From Alphaproteobacteria bacterium (GTDB taxonomy: Bacteria > Pseudomonadota > Alphaproteobacteria > GCA-2731375), in contig JAPYPT010000001.1 in NCBI GenBank assembly GCA_029937535.1, positions 5,832 to 69,831 on the forward strand: a DNA stretch of 64,000 nt, given 5' to 3'. This document shows, in pieces, positions 45,881 to 55,693 of this stretch (within the stretch, counting starts at the first letter, position 1; every line of letters begins with the position of its first letter). Both the position numbers and the translations under genes were made by a program. The notes below the pieces were generated by a model that was not told where the DNA came from, made no database searches, and saw nothing but the letters and a program-made list of their open reading frames with translations.

Positions 45881-48547
45881 CTATTTGTCATCGGCGGCCA
45901 GGGATTTGGAGACGATCTCGAAGACGTCCGGCGACAGGCCATCCGTGGCCAGGATGCGGGATAGTTCACCACGCATGAGGGCGGCGCGGTCATCACCGTA
46001 GCGGCGCCAGCGGCCAAGCTGGGTGGCCAGGCGGGCGGCGACCTGCGGGTTGATGGGATCCAATTGCAGGACCCGGTCCGCCAGAAAACGGTAGCCGCCG
46101 CCGTCGGGGGCGTGAAACCGATAGGGATTGGCGGCGCAAAAGGCCGAGATCAGGGCCCGCACCTTATTCGGCTGCTTAATGGAAAACACCGGGTGGTCCA
46201 TCAATTTGATGACCTGCTCAAGGGTATCCGCCCGGGACGATGCGGCCTGCAGGGACAGCCATTTATCGATCACCAACGGATCATCCCTGAAGTCGTCGTG
46301 GAAGGCGGCCAGGGCCTCATGCCGCTCGCTCTCCGCCGCCTCGTCGCCCGCCCGGTCGTTCAAGGCCGAAAGTGCCGCCATGCGGTCGGTCATATTGTCC
46401 GCGGCCCGGAATTGCGTGCCGGCCAGGGCCCGGCAGCGCGGATCGTCGAGCAGGGAAAGGTAGGATAGTGCCAGGTTCTTCAGGGCCCGCCGACCGGCGG
46501 ATGCGGCGTCCGGATTGTAGGGCACATTGGCGCGGTTGGCATCATAGACGCCGAGCAACCCATCGCGCAGGGTCCGGGCAATGGCCGCCCGCATCCGCTC
46601 CCGCGCCGCATGAATGGCGGCCGGGTCCGCCGTCGCCATCTGTTCGGCCAAATAGGCCTCGCTGGGCAGCTGACAGGCGAGCGCGATGAAGGCCGGGTCC
46701 AAGTCCTCATCACTCAAGGTCCCGCCGAGCGCCGCAACAAACTCCTCGTCCACATCCACGGCCCGTCCGGCGGCAATCCCCTCCGCCATATCAACCAGCA
46801 GGGTCGTGGCGTACTGCTGCCCCGCTTCCCAGCGATTGAACGGATCACTGTCATGGGCCATCAAAAACCCAGGCCCCGCCGCGCCCAATTCCTGACGCAC
46901 CCGGATCGGCGCGGAGAAGCCACGGTTTATGGAGGGCACGGGCGCCGAGGGAATATCTTCGAACCGGATCACCGTGTCACTGTCGGTCAATTCGACGATC
47001 TTTGTGGTGGTGCCGTTGGTATCCAGCGCCATGTCCCGCCCGGCCCCGTCCAGCAAGCCAACGGCCACGGGAATACGCATGGGCTGCTTGGCCACGCCAT
47101 CCGGGGTGGCCGGCAAGCTCTGGCTCAGGCTGAGTTCGTAGACTTCCGCGCCGGCATCATAGGTACCCGAGACATGGACCTCGGGCGTGCCCGCCTGGCT
47201 GTACCAGAGCCTGAACTGCCCCAAATCGGCGCCGTTGGCGTCCGCCATTGCCCCGAGGAAGTCATCACAGGTCACCGCCTGGCCGTCGTGGCGCTTAAAG
47301 TAGAGATCCATGCCCTTGCGGAAACCGGCCTCGCCCAACAGGGTCTGGTACATACCGATCACCTCGGCGCCTTTTTCATAGACCGTGGCGGTATAGAAAT
47401 TGTTGATTTCGATATAGCTGGCGGGGCGCACGGGATGGGCCAGGGGGCCCGCGTCCTCGGGAAATTGCGCCGCGCGCAGGGCGCGGACATCCTTGATCCG
47501 CTGTACGGACGGCGAACGCATGTCGGCTGAAAATTGCTGGTCGCGAAATACCGTCAAACCTTCCTTCAGACTCAATTGAAACCAGTCCCGGCAGGTCACC
47601 CGGTTGCCAGTCCAGTTGTGGAAATATTCGTGCGCCACGATCGCCTCGATATTGGCATGGTCGTCGTCGGTGGCGGTTTCCGGGTTGGCCAGAACATATT
47701 TCGCATTGAACACATTCAGGGACTTATTCTCCATGGCGCCCATGTTGAAATCGTTGATGGCGACGATGTTGAACAGATCCAGGTCGTACTCCAGGCCGTA
47801 TTTCTCCTCATCCCAGCGCATGGCCCGTTGCAGGGCCCCCATGGCGTAGGCGCAGCGGTCCTCGTTGCCGGGGTCGGTGTAGATCCGCAGCGCAACCGCC
47901 CGGCCCGACTGGGTGATGAATTCATCCGCCAGCCAGCTCAAATCGCCCGCGACAAGGGCGAACAAATATGACGGTTTGGGAAACGGATCATCCCAAACGG
48001 CAAAATGCCGGCCATCGGGCAATTCACCCGCCTCGACCAGATTGCCGTTCGATAGCAGAACCGGACAGGCAGCCTTTTCGGCCCGGATGGTGACGCGGTA
48101 GGTTGTCATGACGTCCGGGCGGTCGGGAAAATAGGTGATCCGGCGAAAGCCCTCGGCTTCGCATTGAGTGCAGAATATCCCGCTGGATTGATACAGCCCC
48201 TCCAGCTTGGTATTGGCCGCCGGCGCGATTTTCGTCACCACCGACAAATCGAATGCATCCGGGGCATCCGGCAGGCTCAACCCGGCATCATCCAGCACAT
48301 AAGCGCCGGCGGCCAGGGCGGTCCCATCAAGGGTCAGGGATACAAGTTCCAAATCCTCGCCGTCCAGGCGCAACGCCGCCGCACCCGGCTGAACCGCCTC
48401 GTGGGCCGGGTTACGGCGCAACGTCATGCGGGTCAGGACCTCGGTTTTATCCGGGTGCAGGTCAAACTCCAGCTCGACCCCTTCAACCAGAAAGGCCGGG
48501 GGCTGGTAGTCGCTCAGATGGATCGCTTGGGGGGTGCTTTTTGTCAT
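45881..48547 (-). CDS. pepN: aminopeptidase N
   Basis: 888 aa, HEYFHNWTGNRV (HExxH…E) M1 zinc motif and GAMEN exopeptidase motif. Confidence 0.85.
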   Translation of the reverse strand: MTKSTPQAIHLSDYQPPAFLVEGVELEFDLHPDKTEVLTRMTLRRNPAHEAVQPGAAALRLDGEDLELVSLTLDGTALAAGAYVLDDAGLSLPDAPDAFDLSVVTKIAPAANTKLEGLYQSSGIFCTQCEAEGFRRITYFPDRPDVMTTYRVTIRAEKAACPVLLSNGNLVEAGELPDGRHFAVWDDPFPKPSYLFALVAGDLSWLADEFITQSGRAVALRIYTDPGNEDRCAYAMGALQRAMRWDEEKYGLEYDLDLFNIVAINDFNMGAMENKSLNVFNAKYVLANPETATDDDHANIEAIVAHEYFHNWTGNRVTCRDWFQLSLKEGLTVFRDQQFSADMRSPSVQRIKDVRALRAAQFPEDAGPLAHPVRPASYIEINNFYTATVYEKGAEVIGMYQTLLGEAGFRKGMDLYFKRHDGQAVTCDDFLGAMADANGADLGQFRLWYSQAGTPEVHVSGTYDAGAEVYELSLSQSLPATPDGVAKQPMRIPVAVGLLDGAGRDMALDTNGTTTKIVELTDSDTVIRFEDIPSAPVPSINRGFSAPIRVRQELGAAGPGFLMAHDSDPFNRWEAGQQYATTLLVDMAEGIAAGRAVDVDEEFVAALGGTLSDEDLDPAFIALACQLPSEAYLAEQMATADPAAIHAARERMRAAIARTLRDGLLGVYDANRANVPYNPDAASAGRRALKNLALSYLSLLDDPRCRALAGTQFRAADNMTDRMAALSALNDRAGDEAAESERHEALAAFHDDFRDDPLVIDKWLSLQAASSRADTLEQVIKLMDHPVFSIKQPNKVRALISAFCAANPYRFHAPDGGGYRFLADRVLQLDPINPQVAARLATQLGRWRRYGDDRAALMRGELSRILATDGLSPDVFEIVSKSLAADDK

Positions 48548-48583
48548 GCCTCTGCTTGCCCGGTTCGAAGGGGAATTTCAAGG

Positions 48584-48619
48584 CCGGAATTAAGACCGGA
48601 GTTAAGACCGGAGTTAACG
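48584..48619. repeat. three tandem 12-mers (ccggaattaaga / ccggagttaaga / ccggagttaacg) in the pepN / paralog divergent promoter
   Basis: Read directly, about one helical turn apart. Followed by an AT-rich stretch, a GAGGGAGG RBS and the ATG at 48678. Confidence 0.55.
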
Positions 48620-48677
48620 GCTTGGTCACTATATTTTTTAATAATTAGCTGCTGGATTTATTGCGAGGGAGGGCCTT

Positions 48678-49670
48678 ATGGCCGTCAATGATTTTGCCTG
48701 CCATTTGGACGTTTTCGAGGGCATGGAGCCATTTTCCGGATTTGTGGAAAATGGCTTTCTGGTTGACTTCGTCGGCCAGCGCACGGATGCGACGTTCCGT
48801 TCCATCTGGGGTGTCGATCCCCATGCCACGGGTGGCCGTGAAATGGCGACCGCCATGCCGGCGCTGTCGGACGGCGAAGACTGGTTTGAATTCTATAACT
48901 GGGTGGCGGCGGCGAGAGAAGCGCGCGGATCTTATGTGATGATGACCCTGGGATCTTGTTATGGCGCCCAGGCGGTGGGCAGTTATCTTGCCCTCCAAGC
49001 CTTGAACCCCATGCCGGCAAAGCTGGTCGCCGTGGACGGCGTGCCGGAAAATATGGAGATGACCCGCAAGCAGTTTCGCGACAACGGCATCAACCCGAAC
49101 GACCATTGGATGATCGAGGCGGCCATGAGCGGCGATAACAAGCCGGTGCTGTTTCCCATCGGCGCGCCGGGCTCGGGCACGCAGAACTGCGTTTTGACCA
49201 ATAGCGGCGCCAACCGCATGGCGATTCTTGATCTGGCCAAAAAAGCCGGCGCCACGGAACGGCTGGCCCAAAGCCTGCTGATGCGCAACAGCACCGACCT
49301 GACCATCGATCTGGCGCCGGGCACGGAATATGATTTCTCGGGCGAGATTACCTTTGTCTCCGCCCTGACCTTGATGGATTTGCTGGCGCCCTTCGAACGG
49401 GTGGATTTCGTGGAAGCCGACCTGCAGCAATCGGAAAGCGTGGTCTTTCCGCCGGCGATGGATGTTCTGACCAAGAAAGTCCGCCGCGTTCTGTTGGGCA
49501 CGCACGGGCAAAGCACCCACGACCGAATGGAAAAATTGTTCCGCGATCGCGGCTGGGACATCGTTTTCAGTTACGCACCGGAGCAAACCTACGAAACACC
49601 CCATGCCACGTTCGAGATGAACGACGGCGTCATCACCGCCGTCAATCCGGCCGTGGCCTACCGCAGTTGA
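48678..49670 (+). CDS. hypothetical protein, tandem paralog A (FkbM-family methyltransferase-like)
   Basis: 330 aa. 'LVAVDGVPENMEMTRKQFRDNGI' and 'VDFVEADLQQSESVVF' resemble FkbM-family blocks (EPnpenfelL; idllKiDvEGaE). Low confidence. Confidence 0.35.
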   Translation: MAVNDFACHLDVFEGMEPFSGFVENGFLVDFVGQRTDATFRSIWGVDPHATGGREMATAMPALSDGEDWFEFYNWVAAAREARGSYVMMTLGSCYGAQAVGSYLALQALNPMPAKLVAVDGVPENMEMTRKQFRDNGINPNDHWMIEAAMSGDNKPVLFPIGAPGSGTQNCVLTNSGANRMAILDLAKKAGATERLAQSLLMRNSTDLTIDLAPGTEYDFSGEITFVSALTLMDLLAPFERVDFVEADLQQSESVVFPPAMDVLTKKVRRVLLGTHGQSTHDRMEKLFRDRGWDIVFSYAPEQTYETPHATFEMNDGVITAVNPAVAYRS

Positions 49671-49704
49671 GCCCGGCGGCGGCAGGCTTCACAGGGAAAA
49701 CACA

Positions 49705-50697
49705 ATGGCAGTCAATGACCTGACACCTTTTCTGGACACTTTCGATGGCATGGAGCCGTTTGCGGGCTATGTGGACAAGGGATTTTTTGTCGATTTCATC
49801 GGCCAGCGGACAGACGCCAACTTCAGGGTGATTTGGGGCGCCGAACCGGACAAAGCGGGCGATTGCCAGACCATGACCCGCCTGCCAAGCCTGTCCGATG
49901 GCGAAGGCTGGTTTGAAACCTTCAACTGGGTCGCGGCCGCCCGGGAAGCCCGCGGTTCCTATACCATGATGACCCTGGGTTCATGCTACGGCGGCCAGGC
50001 GGTCGGAAGCTATCTGACCCTGCGGGCCCTGAACCCCATGCCGGCCATGCTGGTGGCGGTCGACGGGGTGCCGGAAAACATGGAAATGACCCGCAAACAG
50101 TTTCGCAACAACGGCATCGATCCCAACGAACATTGGCTGATCGATGCAGCCATGAGCGCCAACAACGACCCCGTGCTCTTTCCCATTGGAGCGCCTGGAC
50201 TGGGCGCACAAAGTTGCACGCAGTCCAACAGCCGCGCGGCCCGCATGACGATCCTGGACATGGCCAAGCACAACGGCACCCTGGAACATCTGGCGCAAAG
50301 CCTGTTGCTGCGCAACAGCACCGGCGTGACCGTCAATTTGGAAGAAGGCACGGATTTCGAAGCCCCGGCCGAGATCTCCTTTGTCTCGGCCGTGACCTTG
50401 AAAGACCTGCTGACACCCTTTGCCAGGGTCGACTATGTGGAAGCGGATTTGCAGGAATCGGAAGGACTGGTGTTCCCGCCCGCCATGGATCTGCTCACCA
50501 AAAAGGTACGGCGGGTCCATTTGGGCACCCACAGCGACCTGACCCACGAAGTTTTGGAAGGACAATTCCGCGAGCGCGGCTGGGATATATTGTTCAGTTA
50601 CAAACCACGGCAAACCTATGAGACGCCCCACGCCACGTTCGAGATGAGCGACGGTGTCCTGACAGCCGTCAATCCGGCCATGGCCTACGCCAGTTGA
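49705..50697 (+). CDS. hypothetical protein, tandem paralog B (about 70% aa identity to A)
   Basis: Exactly 330 aa and co-linear with paralog A, with the same candidate motifs (VDYVEADLQESEGLVF). Confidence 0.35.
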   Translation: MAVNDLTPFLDTFDGMEPFAGYVDKGFFVDFIGQRTDANFRVIWGAEPDKAGDCQTMTRLPSLSDGEGWFETFNWVAAAREARGSYTMMTLGSCYGGQAVGSYLTLRALNPMPAMLVAVDGVPENMEMTRKQFRNNGIDPNEHWLIDAAMSANNDPVLFPIGAPGLGAQSCTQSNSRAARMTILDMAKHNGTLEHLAQSLLLRNSTGVTVNLEEGTDFEAPAEISFVSAVTLKDLLTPFARVDYVEADLQESEGLVFPPAMDLLTKKVRRVHLGTHSDLTHEVLEGQFRERGWDILFSYKPRQTYETPHATFEMSDGVLTAVNPAMAYAS

Positions 50698-50735
50698 ACA
50701 CAGCGGCGGCCGCATAGGCGCCCAATAGGACGACG

Positions 50736-51455
50736 TCAGCGTATTAAAAAATCCAGAATCCAGGTCCGGACCGCTGCCTCGTTGGTGTCACGGGCGAGGC
50801 TATGGAGAGCCCTGTCCGCGACATCCCGGCCGATCACCTCACGCCGGATTTCATAGAGATCGGCGGCGAAGTCCTTGGTCATCTCGGGATGATTTTGGAT
50901 GGAGAGCACATTTGCGCCGATGGTCATCACGCCGATGGGGCAGAAATCACTGCCGCCCAGAACCGTCGCGCCAGGTGGGGGCGCCATCACCTGATCCTGG
51001 TGGGAGGCGAGCAGATCCAGTTGCCGGACGGGCGGCATGATACCGTCGGCTTGATCCATTAAAGCATGGCGGTGCACGCCGACGCCCCAGCCGTGGGCCT
51101 TTTCAACCCTGCCGCCAAAGGCCTGGCCGATCAATTGATGGCCGAAACAGATCCCGACCACGGGCCGGGTTTCAGACGCCGCGCGGGCAAACGCCTCCAG
51201 CTGGGCGATCCAGTCATCGCCGTCATAGACGCCGGCCGCGCTGCCGGTGATCAGCCAGCCGTCGCAATCATCGCCCGCATCCGGGAACTCACCGTCATAG
51301 CAACGATAGGGGCGCAGGATGGGCCCGTCGCCGCCGGGCGATAGGAAGCGTTGGAAAGATTGTGTGAAGGTAGTTAAATGAGCGTGAAAGGTCTCCGCCA
51401 CCGCGCCGCCTTCCAGAACACCGATGGTCTTGCTGTCGGCGGGCGCCGGGGTCAT
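50736..51455 (-). CDS. class I glutamine amidotransferase-like protein
   Basis: GICFGHQ nucleophile-elbow motif plus a downstream His. Overlaps the upstream enoyl-CoA hydratase stop by 4 nt. Confidence 0.6.
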   Translation of the reverse strand: MTPAPADSKTIGVLEGGAVAETFHAHLTTFTQSFQRFLSPGGDGPILRPYRCYDGEFPDAGDDCDGWLITGSAAGVYDGDDWIAQLEAFARAASETRPVVGICFGHQLIGQAFGGRVEKAHGWGVGVHRHALMDQADGIMPPVRQLDLLASHQDQVMAPPPGATVLGGSDFCPIGVMTIGANVLSIQNHPEMTKDFAADLYEIRREVIGRDVADRALHSLARDTNEAAVRTWILDFLIR

Positions 51456-52372
51456 TCGGGGTCGATCAGGTTGCCTTCATCGTCGCGGATTTCCGGGCCG
51501 TTGACCCGCGCCCGGCCGTCGCCGAAATTGGCGTCCCGGCCATCGAGGGCGGCCTTCAGCCCGTGTTCCCTGGCAACTTGCCGGAACGAACGGGTGCCAA
51601 GCGCGAGATGGGCGCGGGCATCGTTTTCCGCCGCCATGCGCTGCAGGGTCCGCGCACCCATCAACTCCAGACCCATATTGACGATACGCTTGTTGGCGGT
51701 CAGCAAATCGGGATCGATCATGGCCATGCGGTCGGCCAGCCCCTCAACCTCGGCCTCGAGAGCATCAAGGGGCACCGCTTTCATAACCAGGCCAATCTGC
51801 GCCGCCTCCGCCCCCGTGACCGTATCGCCGGTCAGAACCAGGCGTTTGGCCCATTGCGGGCCGCAATGGTAGACCCACATCTGGTTCGGCAACGACCCTA
51901 GATCGCGGGCGGGCGGAAAGCCGATCACCGCATCCTCCGCCGCGATGACCATGTCGCACAACAAGGCGATATCCGTGCCACCGGCCAGGCAATGGCCATG
52001 CACCTGGGCAAGCACGGGTTTATGCATATCGAACAGCACCATGCGCAGACGCTGGCTGTATTCCAGGCGCCAGATATCGTCATCAATGGTCGGATCGGCA
52101 TAGATACCGCCCTCGCGGTAGGTCCGCCCCGGCCGGCCCCCCGCAGGCGGGTTGTTCAGACCCGGCGTCAGGTCGTAGCCGGCGGAGAAGGCCTTGCCGG
52201 CGCCGCGCAGAATGATGCTGTGCACATCCTTGTCGTTGTCGGCCTCCCACAGGGCGGCATTCAGCTCCTCCAAAAGCGGTATGGAGAGGGCATTGCGCTT
52301 GGCCGGCCGGTTCAAGGTGATGCGGGCGCGGCCATCAACGGCCTCGTAGATAATATGCTCGGGGTCTTTCAT
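51452..52372 (-). CDS. enoyl-CoA hydratase/isomerase family protein
   Basis: 306 aa, crotonase-fold 'ILRGAGKAFSAGYDL'. Confidence 0.7.
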   Translation of the reverse strand: MKDPEHIIYEAVDGRARITLNRPAKRNALSIPLLEELNAALWEADNDKDVHSIILRGAGKAFSAGYDLTPGLNNPPAGGRPGRTYREGGIYADPTIDDDIWRLEYSQRLRMVLFDMHKPVLAQVHGHCLAGGTDIALLCDMVIAAEDAVIGFPPARDLGSLPNQMWVYHCGPQWAKRLVLTGDTVTGAEAAQIGLVMKAVPLDALEAEVEGLADRMAMIDPDLLTANKRIVNMGLELMGARTLQRMAAENDARAHLALGTRSFRQVAREHGLKAALDGRDANFGDGRARVNGPEIRDDEGNLIDPE

Positions 52373-52432
52373 GGGTCTTTCTTACATAAAATTTTTCGCA
52401 TGATTTTTATTAAAGTTTGGTCGTGGCTCTGG

Positions 52433-52500
52433 ATGCCCGGATCAAGTCCGGGCATGACGAAGCGGCCCTTTCGTCATTGCCGGGCTTGACCCGGCAATCC
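52433..52500. repeat. pair of REP-like hairpins in opposite orientation (atgcccggatcaagtccgggcat; gtcattgccgggcttgacccggcaatcc)
   Basis: Read directly. The second hairpin is near-identical to 25725-25753. Confidence 0.5.
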
Positions 52501-52531
52501 ATCGCGCAGCTTGGTACCGCACGGTCGAAAC

Positions 52532-53005
52532 CTAGGCCTGGCCCCGGCGTCTAACCGGGCGCATGACCTTCAACAACCAGAATATGACGCAGAAAACACC
52601 CGTCAGAATGACCAGGGCGACCACCGCCGCCAAGCGTGCCCCGAAGGCGCCATCCAGGGTATAGCCGGGCCCAAGCAAATAAACGCAGAGGATCTGCACC
52701 GCCTGCAAGGTTGCCCCGGCGCTGAACAGAATAGCGATAAAAGTGGAGCCGCGCAGGGAGGTCAAGACCATGCTTTCGACGCTGCGCTCCCTCACGATAT
52801 GGGTGTGATAGGCGCGCCAGTGATAACCGCAAAAGCCGGCGATGCCGACAATGACCACGGCCCAGAGAATTGAGTTTTCATAGCTCAAGCCATTCAGGAT
52901 CAGATTGAACAGATCCTCGAACGGTTGATAGAAATACAAAAATATCAGAACGACGATATAGATTATGAACCCCACCAAGGTCCAAAACCATTGCCAACCA
53001 CTCAT
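52532..53005 (-). CDS. hypothetical membrane protein
   Basis: 157 aa with about 4 predicted TM helices. No recognisable family. Confidence 0.35.
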   Translation of the reverse strand: MSGWQWFWTLVGFIIYIVVLIFLYFYQPFEDLFNLILNGLSYENSILWAVVIVGIAGFCGYHWRAYHTHIVRERSVESMVLTSLRGSTFIAILFSAGATLQAVQILCVYLLGPGYTLDGAFGARLAAVVALVILTGVFCVIFWLLKVMRPVRRRGQA

Positions 53006-53070
53006 ATGCCGTCCCCTTCGACCTTCATTGTTGCCGCTATTTTAACCCCGTCTACGCGGTGGCGAAAGGC

Positions 53071-53886
53071 CTACTGTGGCGATTTAAAGCCATTCCCGAT
53101 GATCTGCCCGAAGATAACCATTTCCGGACTGGTACGCCGGTAGGTATCAAGGGCCGCGAGCACGGCCGGGCGGTCATCAAATACCGGAACATAGCCACCC
53201 TGGCAGGCCGGTAATGCGGCGAATAAATCCGTCACTGCCGCGTCGATCCCCCGCAGCAAGGCCGCCCGGGCCGTTGCCATTTCCGGTGCCTGGGCCATCG
53301 GCGCCAGGGCTTCGTCAAGATGAGACAAAAGAGCCGGCCAACGAGCCAGGATCCGATACAGGCCCGGCACGAACGGCGTGCCATCCACATCCGTGCCCAG
53401 GCGCAGCAGCGCCCCTCGGGTGCCGTCGTCAGCCGTATCAACGTCGATCATTCCTGGCAACACGGGCAAGGCGGCGGGCGGTGTCCAATCATCCGCCGGC
53501 CATCCGGGACCGCTGGGCTGTTGATCCTGCAACAGGCAGCGCAACAAGCCGGCAAACATTAGATTGACCGGCGCCACCCGGACAAAACCGGCGCAAACAT
53601 CACGAATCGTCTGAACATCACCGGGGTCGAGACCGAGATCCGCCGCCGCCATTGGCGTCAGTTCGGGCAGATCCAGATCAGCCGCCACGCGCCACCCGGC
53701 GGTCTGCGCAGCGCCGGACTGAAAGGCAGGGGCCAGCGCCGACCAGGACCATTCCAGCCAGCCCGGCCGCGTCGCCAGATGACGTTGCAGGGAAGAAACA
53801 TAGGGCACGGCCCAGAGCCGGCGGATTTCACCATAGATCCCGGCAATTGTCCCCGTGGCCGCATCCTCGGGCAGTTCCGCCAGCAT
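53071..53886 (-). CDS. DehI-family (halocarboxylic-acid-dehalogenase-I-like) protein
   Basis: The N-terminal block 'AATGTIAGIYGEIRRLWAVPYVSSLQRHLATRPGWLEWSWSALAP' resembles the conserved DehI-family N-terminus. Start is translationally coupled (TAATG) to the cyclase stop. Confidence 0.4.
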   Translation of the reverse strand: MLAELPEDAATGTIAGIYGEIRRLWAVPYVSSLQRHLATRPGWLEWSWSALAPAFQSGAAQTAGWRVAADLDLPELTPMAAADLGLDPGDVQTIRDVCAGFVRVAPVNLMFAGLLRCLLQDQQPSGPGWPADDWTPPAALPVLPGMIDVDTADDGTRGALLRLGTDVDGTPFVPGLYRILARWPALLSHLDEALAPMAQAPEMATARAALLRGIDAAVTDLFAALPACQGGYVPVFDDRPAVLAALDTYRRTSPEMVIFGQIIGNGFKSPQ

Positions 53887-55662
53887 TTACCCCTCCGGCA
53901 TCCCGGCCCGGCGCAGACCCTCGGCAAAACGTTTGGCGTCGACTTCAAAGGCAAACGGCACAGCCTGTACGCATGCCTTAACGGTCATGCCCGGCGCCAT
54001 ACGGTCAAAATTCTCGTAGGCGGCGCGGGCCGCATCAAGATCACCCAGCATTCCCAGAACAGCAGCCAAGAATCGATGCCCGGTCGGAAAATTTGGGTTT
54101 TCATGTAACGCCTTTTCCGCCCACATGCGGGCTTCATCATACCGTTCATCGTTAAAATGCGGAATGCCGGCCACAACGAGATACATCGGCAGCAAGGGGT
54201 CCTTTGGGCTGAGCTGTATGGCCTTTTGCAAAAGCTCGAGACCTTCATCGTAGTTATGCGTGTAAACTAACACGACCCCCAAAGTACCCAAGGCTTGAGA
54301 GTAGTTCGGATTTAGGCTGACAGCAGTGCGCAGGCGTTGCGTGGAGTCTTCATGCCGCTTTAGCACCAACAGGCCGGCCCCCAACTGGGCATGGGCAAAT
54401 TCATCCTCCCGGTCCAGGTTGACGGCCCTTTGGGCCATTTCCAAAGTCATGGTACGCGAATCCGTTGGTGGCCGCCGCCAGTTATATAAGGCATCGAGTA
54501 GATAGGTCGCTGATAGCGCGGCGTGAATTCTTGCATTTTCGGGATCGACATCCAGCGCCCCGGCAAGCAGATTTTCAGCTTTGCCGTTATCCTTTTCAGT
54601 GAATTTTGAGCCATGCCAATTGGCGCGCGCGATCTTTTCCCAAATGCCTAGCTCCGGAACGCTCTTGCGCCGAACGCGCGCCACTTCCGCTGCCGCCAGT
54701 TCCGGTCCCATGGCCATGGCGACACGTTCTGTAATCTCGTCCTGAACGGCGAAGATATCATCCAGCTCGCGGTCATATCGTTCGGCCCAGATATGATTGG
54801 AGGTGGCCGCATCGATCAACTGGGCCGTGATCCGCACCCGGTTGCCGGCCCGGCGCACGCTGCCTTCGATGACGTACTGAACACCTAGTTCGCCGGCCAC
54901 TTGCTTGATGTCGACCGCTTGGCCCTTATAGGTGAAGGAGGAGTTCCGCGCGATGACGAAGAACTGGTGGAAACGTGACAGGGCGGTGATGATGTCCTCG
55001 GCCATGCCGTCGGAGAAATACTCCTGCTCGGGATCGCCCGACATGTTGTCAAACGGGAGAACAGCAAGGGAAGGTTTGTCAGACAACGGCTGCGTTTTGC
55101 CGCCAAACGATTCAGACGCGGCCACGTTGGATGACTGGGACTGCAACCAGCGCCAAACCCGCACGGGTTGGTCAATGTTTTTCAGCGATTGTTCGCCTGT
55201 ATCCTCGAATTTGGCCTCGAGACGCGCACGAACATCTTCATGCACCCGGCCTGAAACGGCCACACCGCCCGGCGCGGCGATTTCCTGCAATCTCGCGGCA
55301 AGGTTTACGCCGTCACCCAGGATGTCGTCGCCCTCAATGATCACATCACCAAGATTGACACCAATGCGGAAGATGATCCGCTGGTCCAGATCGACGTTTT
55401 CGTTTCGCGCGGCCATACCCCGCTGAACCTTGATGGCGCATTCCGTGGCCTCGACAACTGAGGGAAATTCCAACAACAAACCGTCGCCCATGGTCTTGAC
55501 GATGCGGCCGCCATGTTCCGCGATCAATCCATCAACCAATTCCCCCCGGTGGGCGCGCAGGTCTGCCAGGGTGCCCACCTCATCCACGCCCATAAGGCGG
55601 GAATAGCCGACCACATCGGCGGATACGATCGCCGCCAGCCTACGTTGTGTTCGCTCCGTCAT
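53887..55662 (-). CDS. adenylate/guanylate cyclase (class III CHD) with TolB-like and TPR-repeat regions
   Basis: N-terminal '[18 protein letters not shown]...GDGLLLEF...[28 protein letters not shown]' cyclase domain, central TolB-like domain, C-terminal TPR repeats. Confidence 0.7.
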   Translation of the reverse strand: MTERTQRRLAAIVSADVVGYSRLMGVDEVGTLADLRAHRGELVDGLIAEHGGRIVKTMGDGLLLEFPSVVEATECAIKVQRGMAARNENVDLDQRIIFRIGVNLGDVIIEGDDILGDGVNLAARLQEIAAPGGVAVSGRVHEDVRARLEAKFEDTGEQSLKNIDQPVRVWRWLQSQSSNVAASESFGGKTQPLSDKPSLAVLPFDNMSGDPEQEYFSDGMAEDIITALSRFHQFFVIARNSSFTYKGQAVDIKQVAGELGVQYVIEGSVRRAGNRVRITAQLIDAATSNHIWAERYDRELDDIFAVQDEITERVAMAMGPELAAAEVARVRRKSVPELGIWEKIARANWHGSKFTEKDNGKAENLLAGALDVDPENARIHAALSATYLLDALYNWRRPPTDSRTMTLEMAQRAVNLDREDEFAHAQLGAGLLVLKRHEDSTQRLRTAVSLNPNYSQALGTLGVVLVYTHNYDEGLELLQKAIQLSPKDPLLPMYLVVAGIPHFNDERYDEARMWAEKALHENPNFPTGHRFLAAVLGMLGDLDAARAAYENFDRMAPGMTVKACVQAVPFAFEVDAKRFAEGLRRAGMPEG

Positions 55663-55693
55663 GGGGTAGGTTCACCGACGACTGCCGGGCACA

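Noticed and set aside
48584-48619. Possibility that the tandem 12-mers or the ENAG repeat (14410-14460) are a CRISPR array
   Set aside because: The units are 12 nt with no intervening unique spacers, only three or four copies are present, and no cas genes lie nearby.
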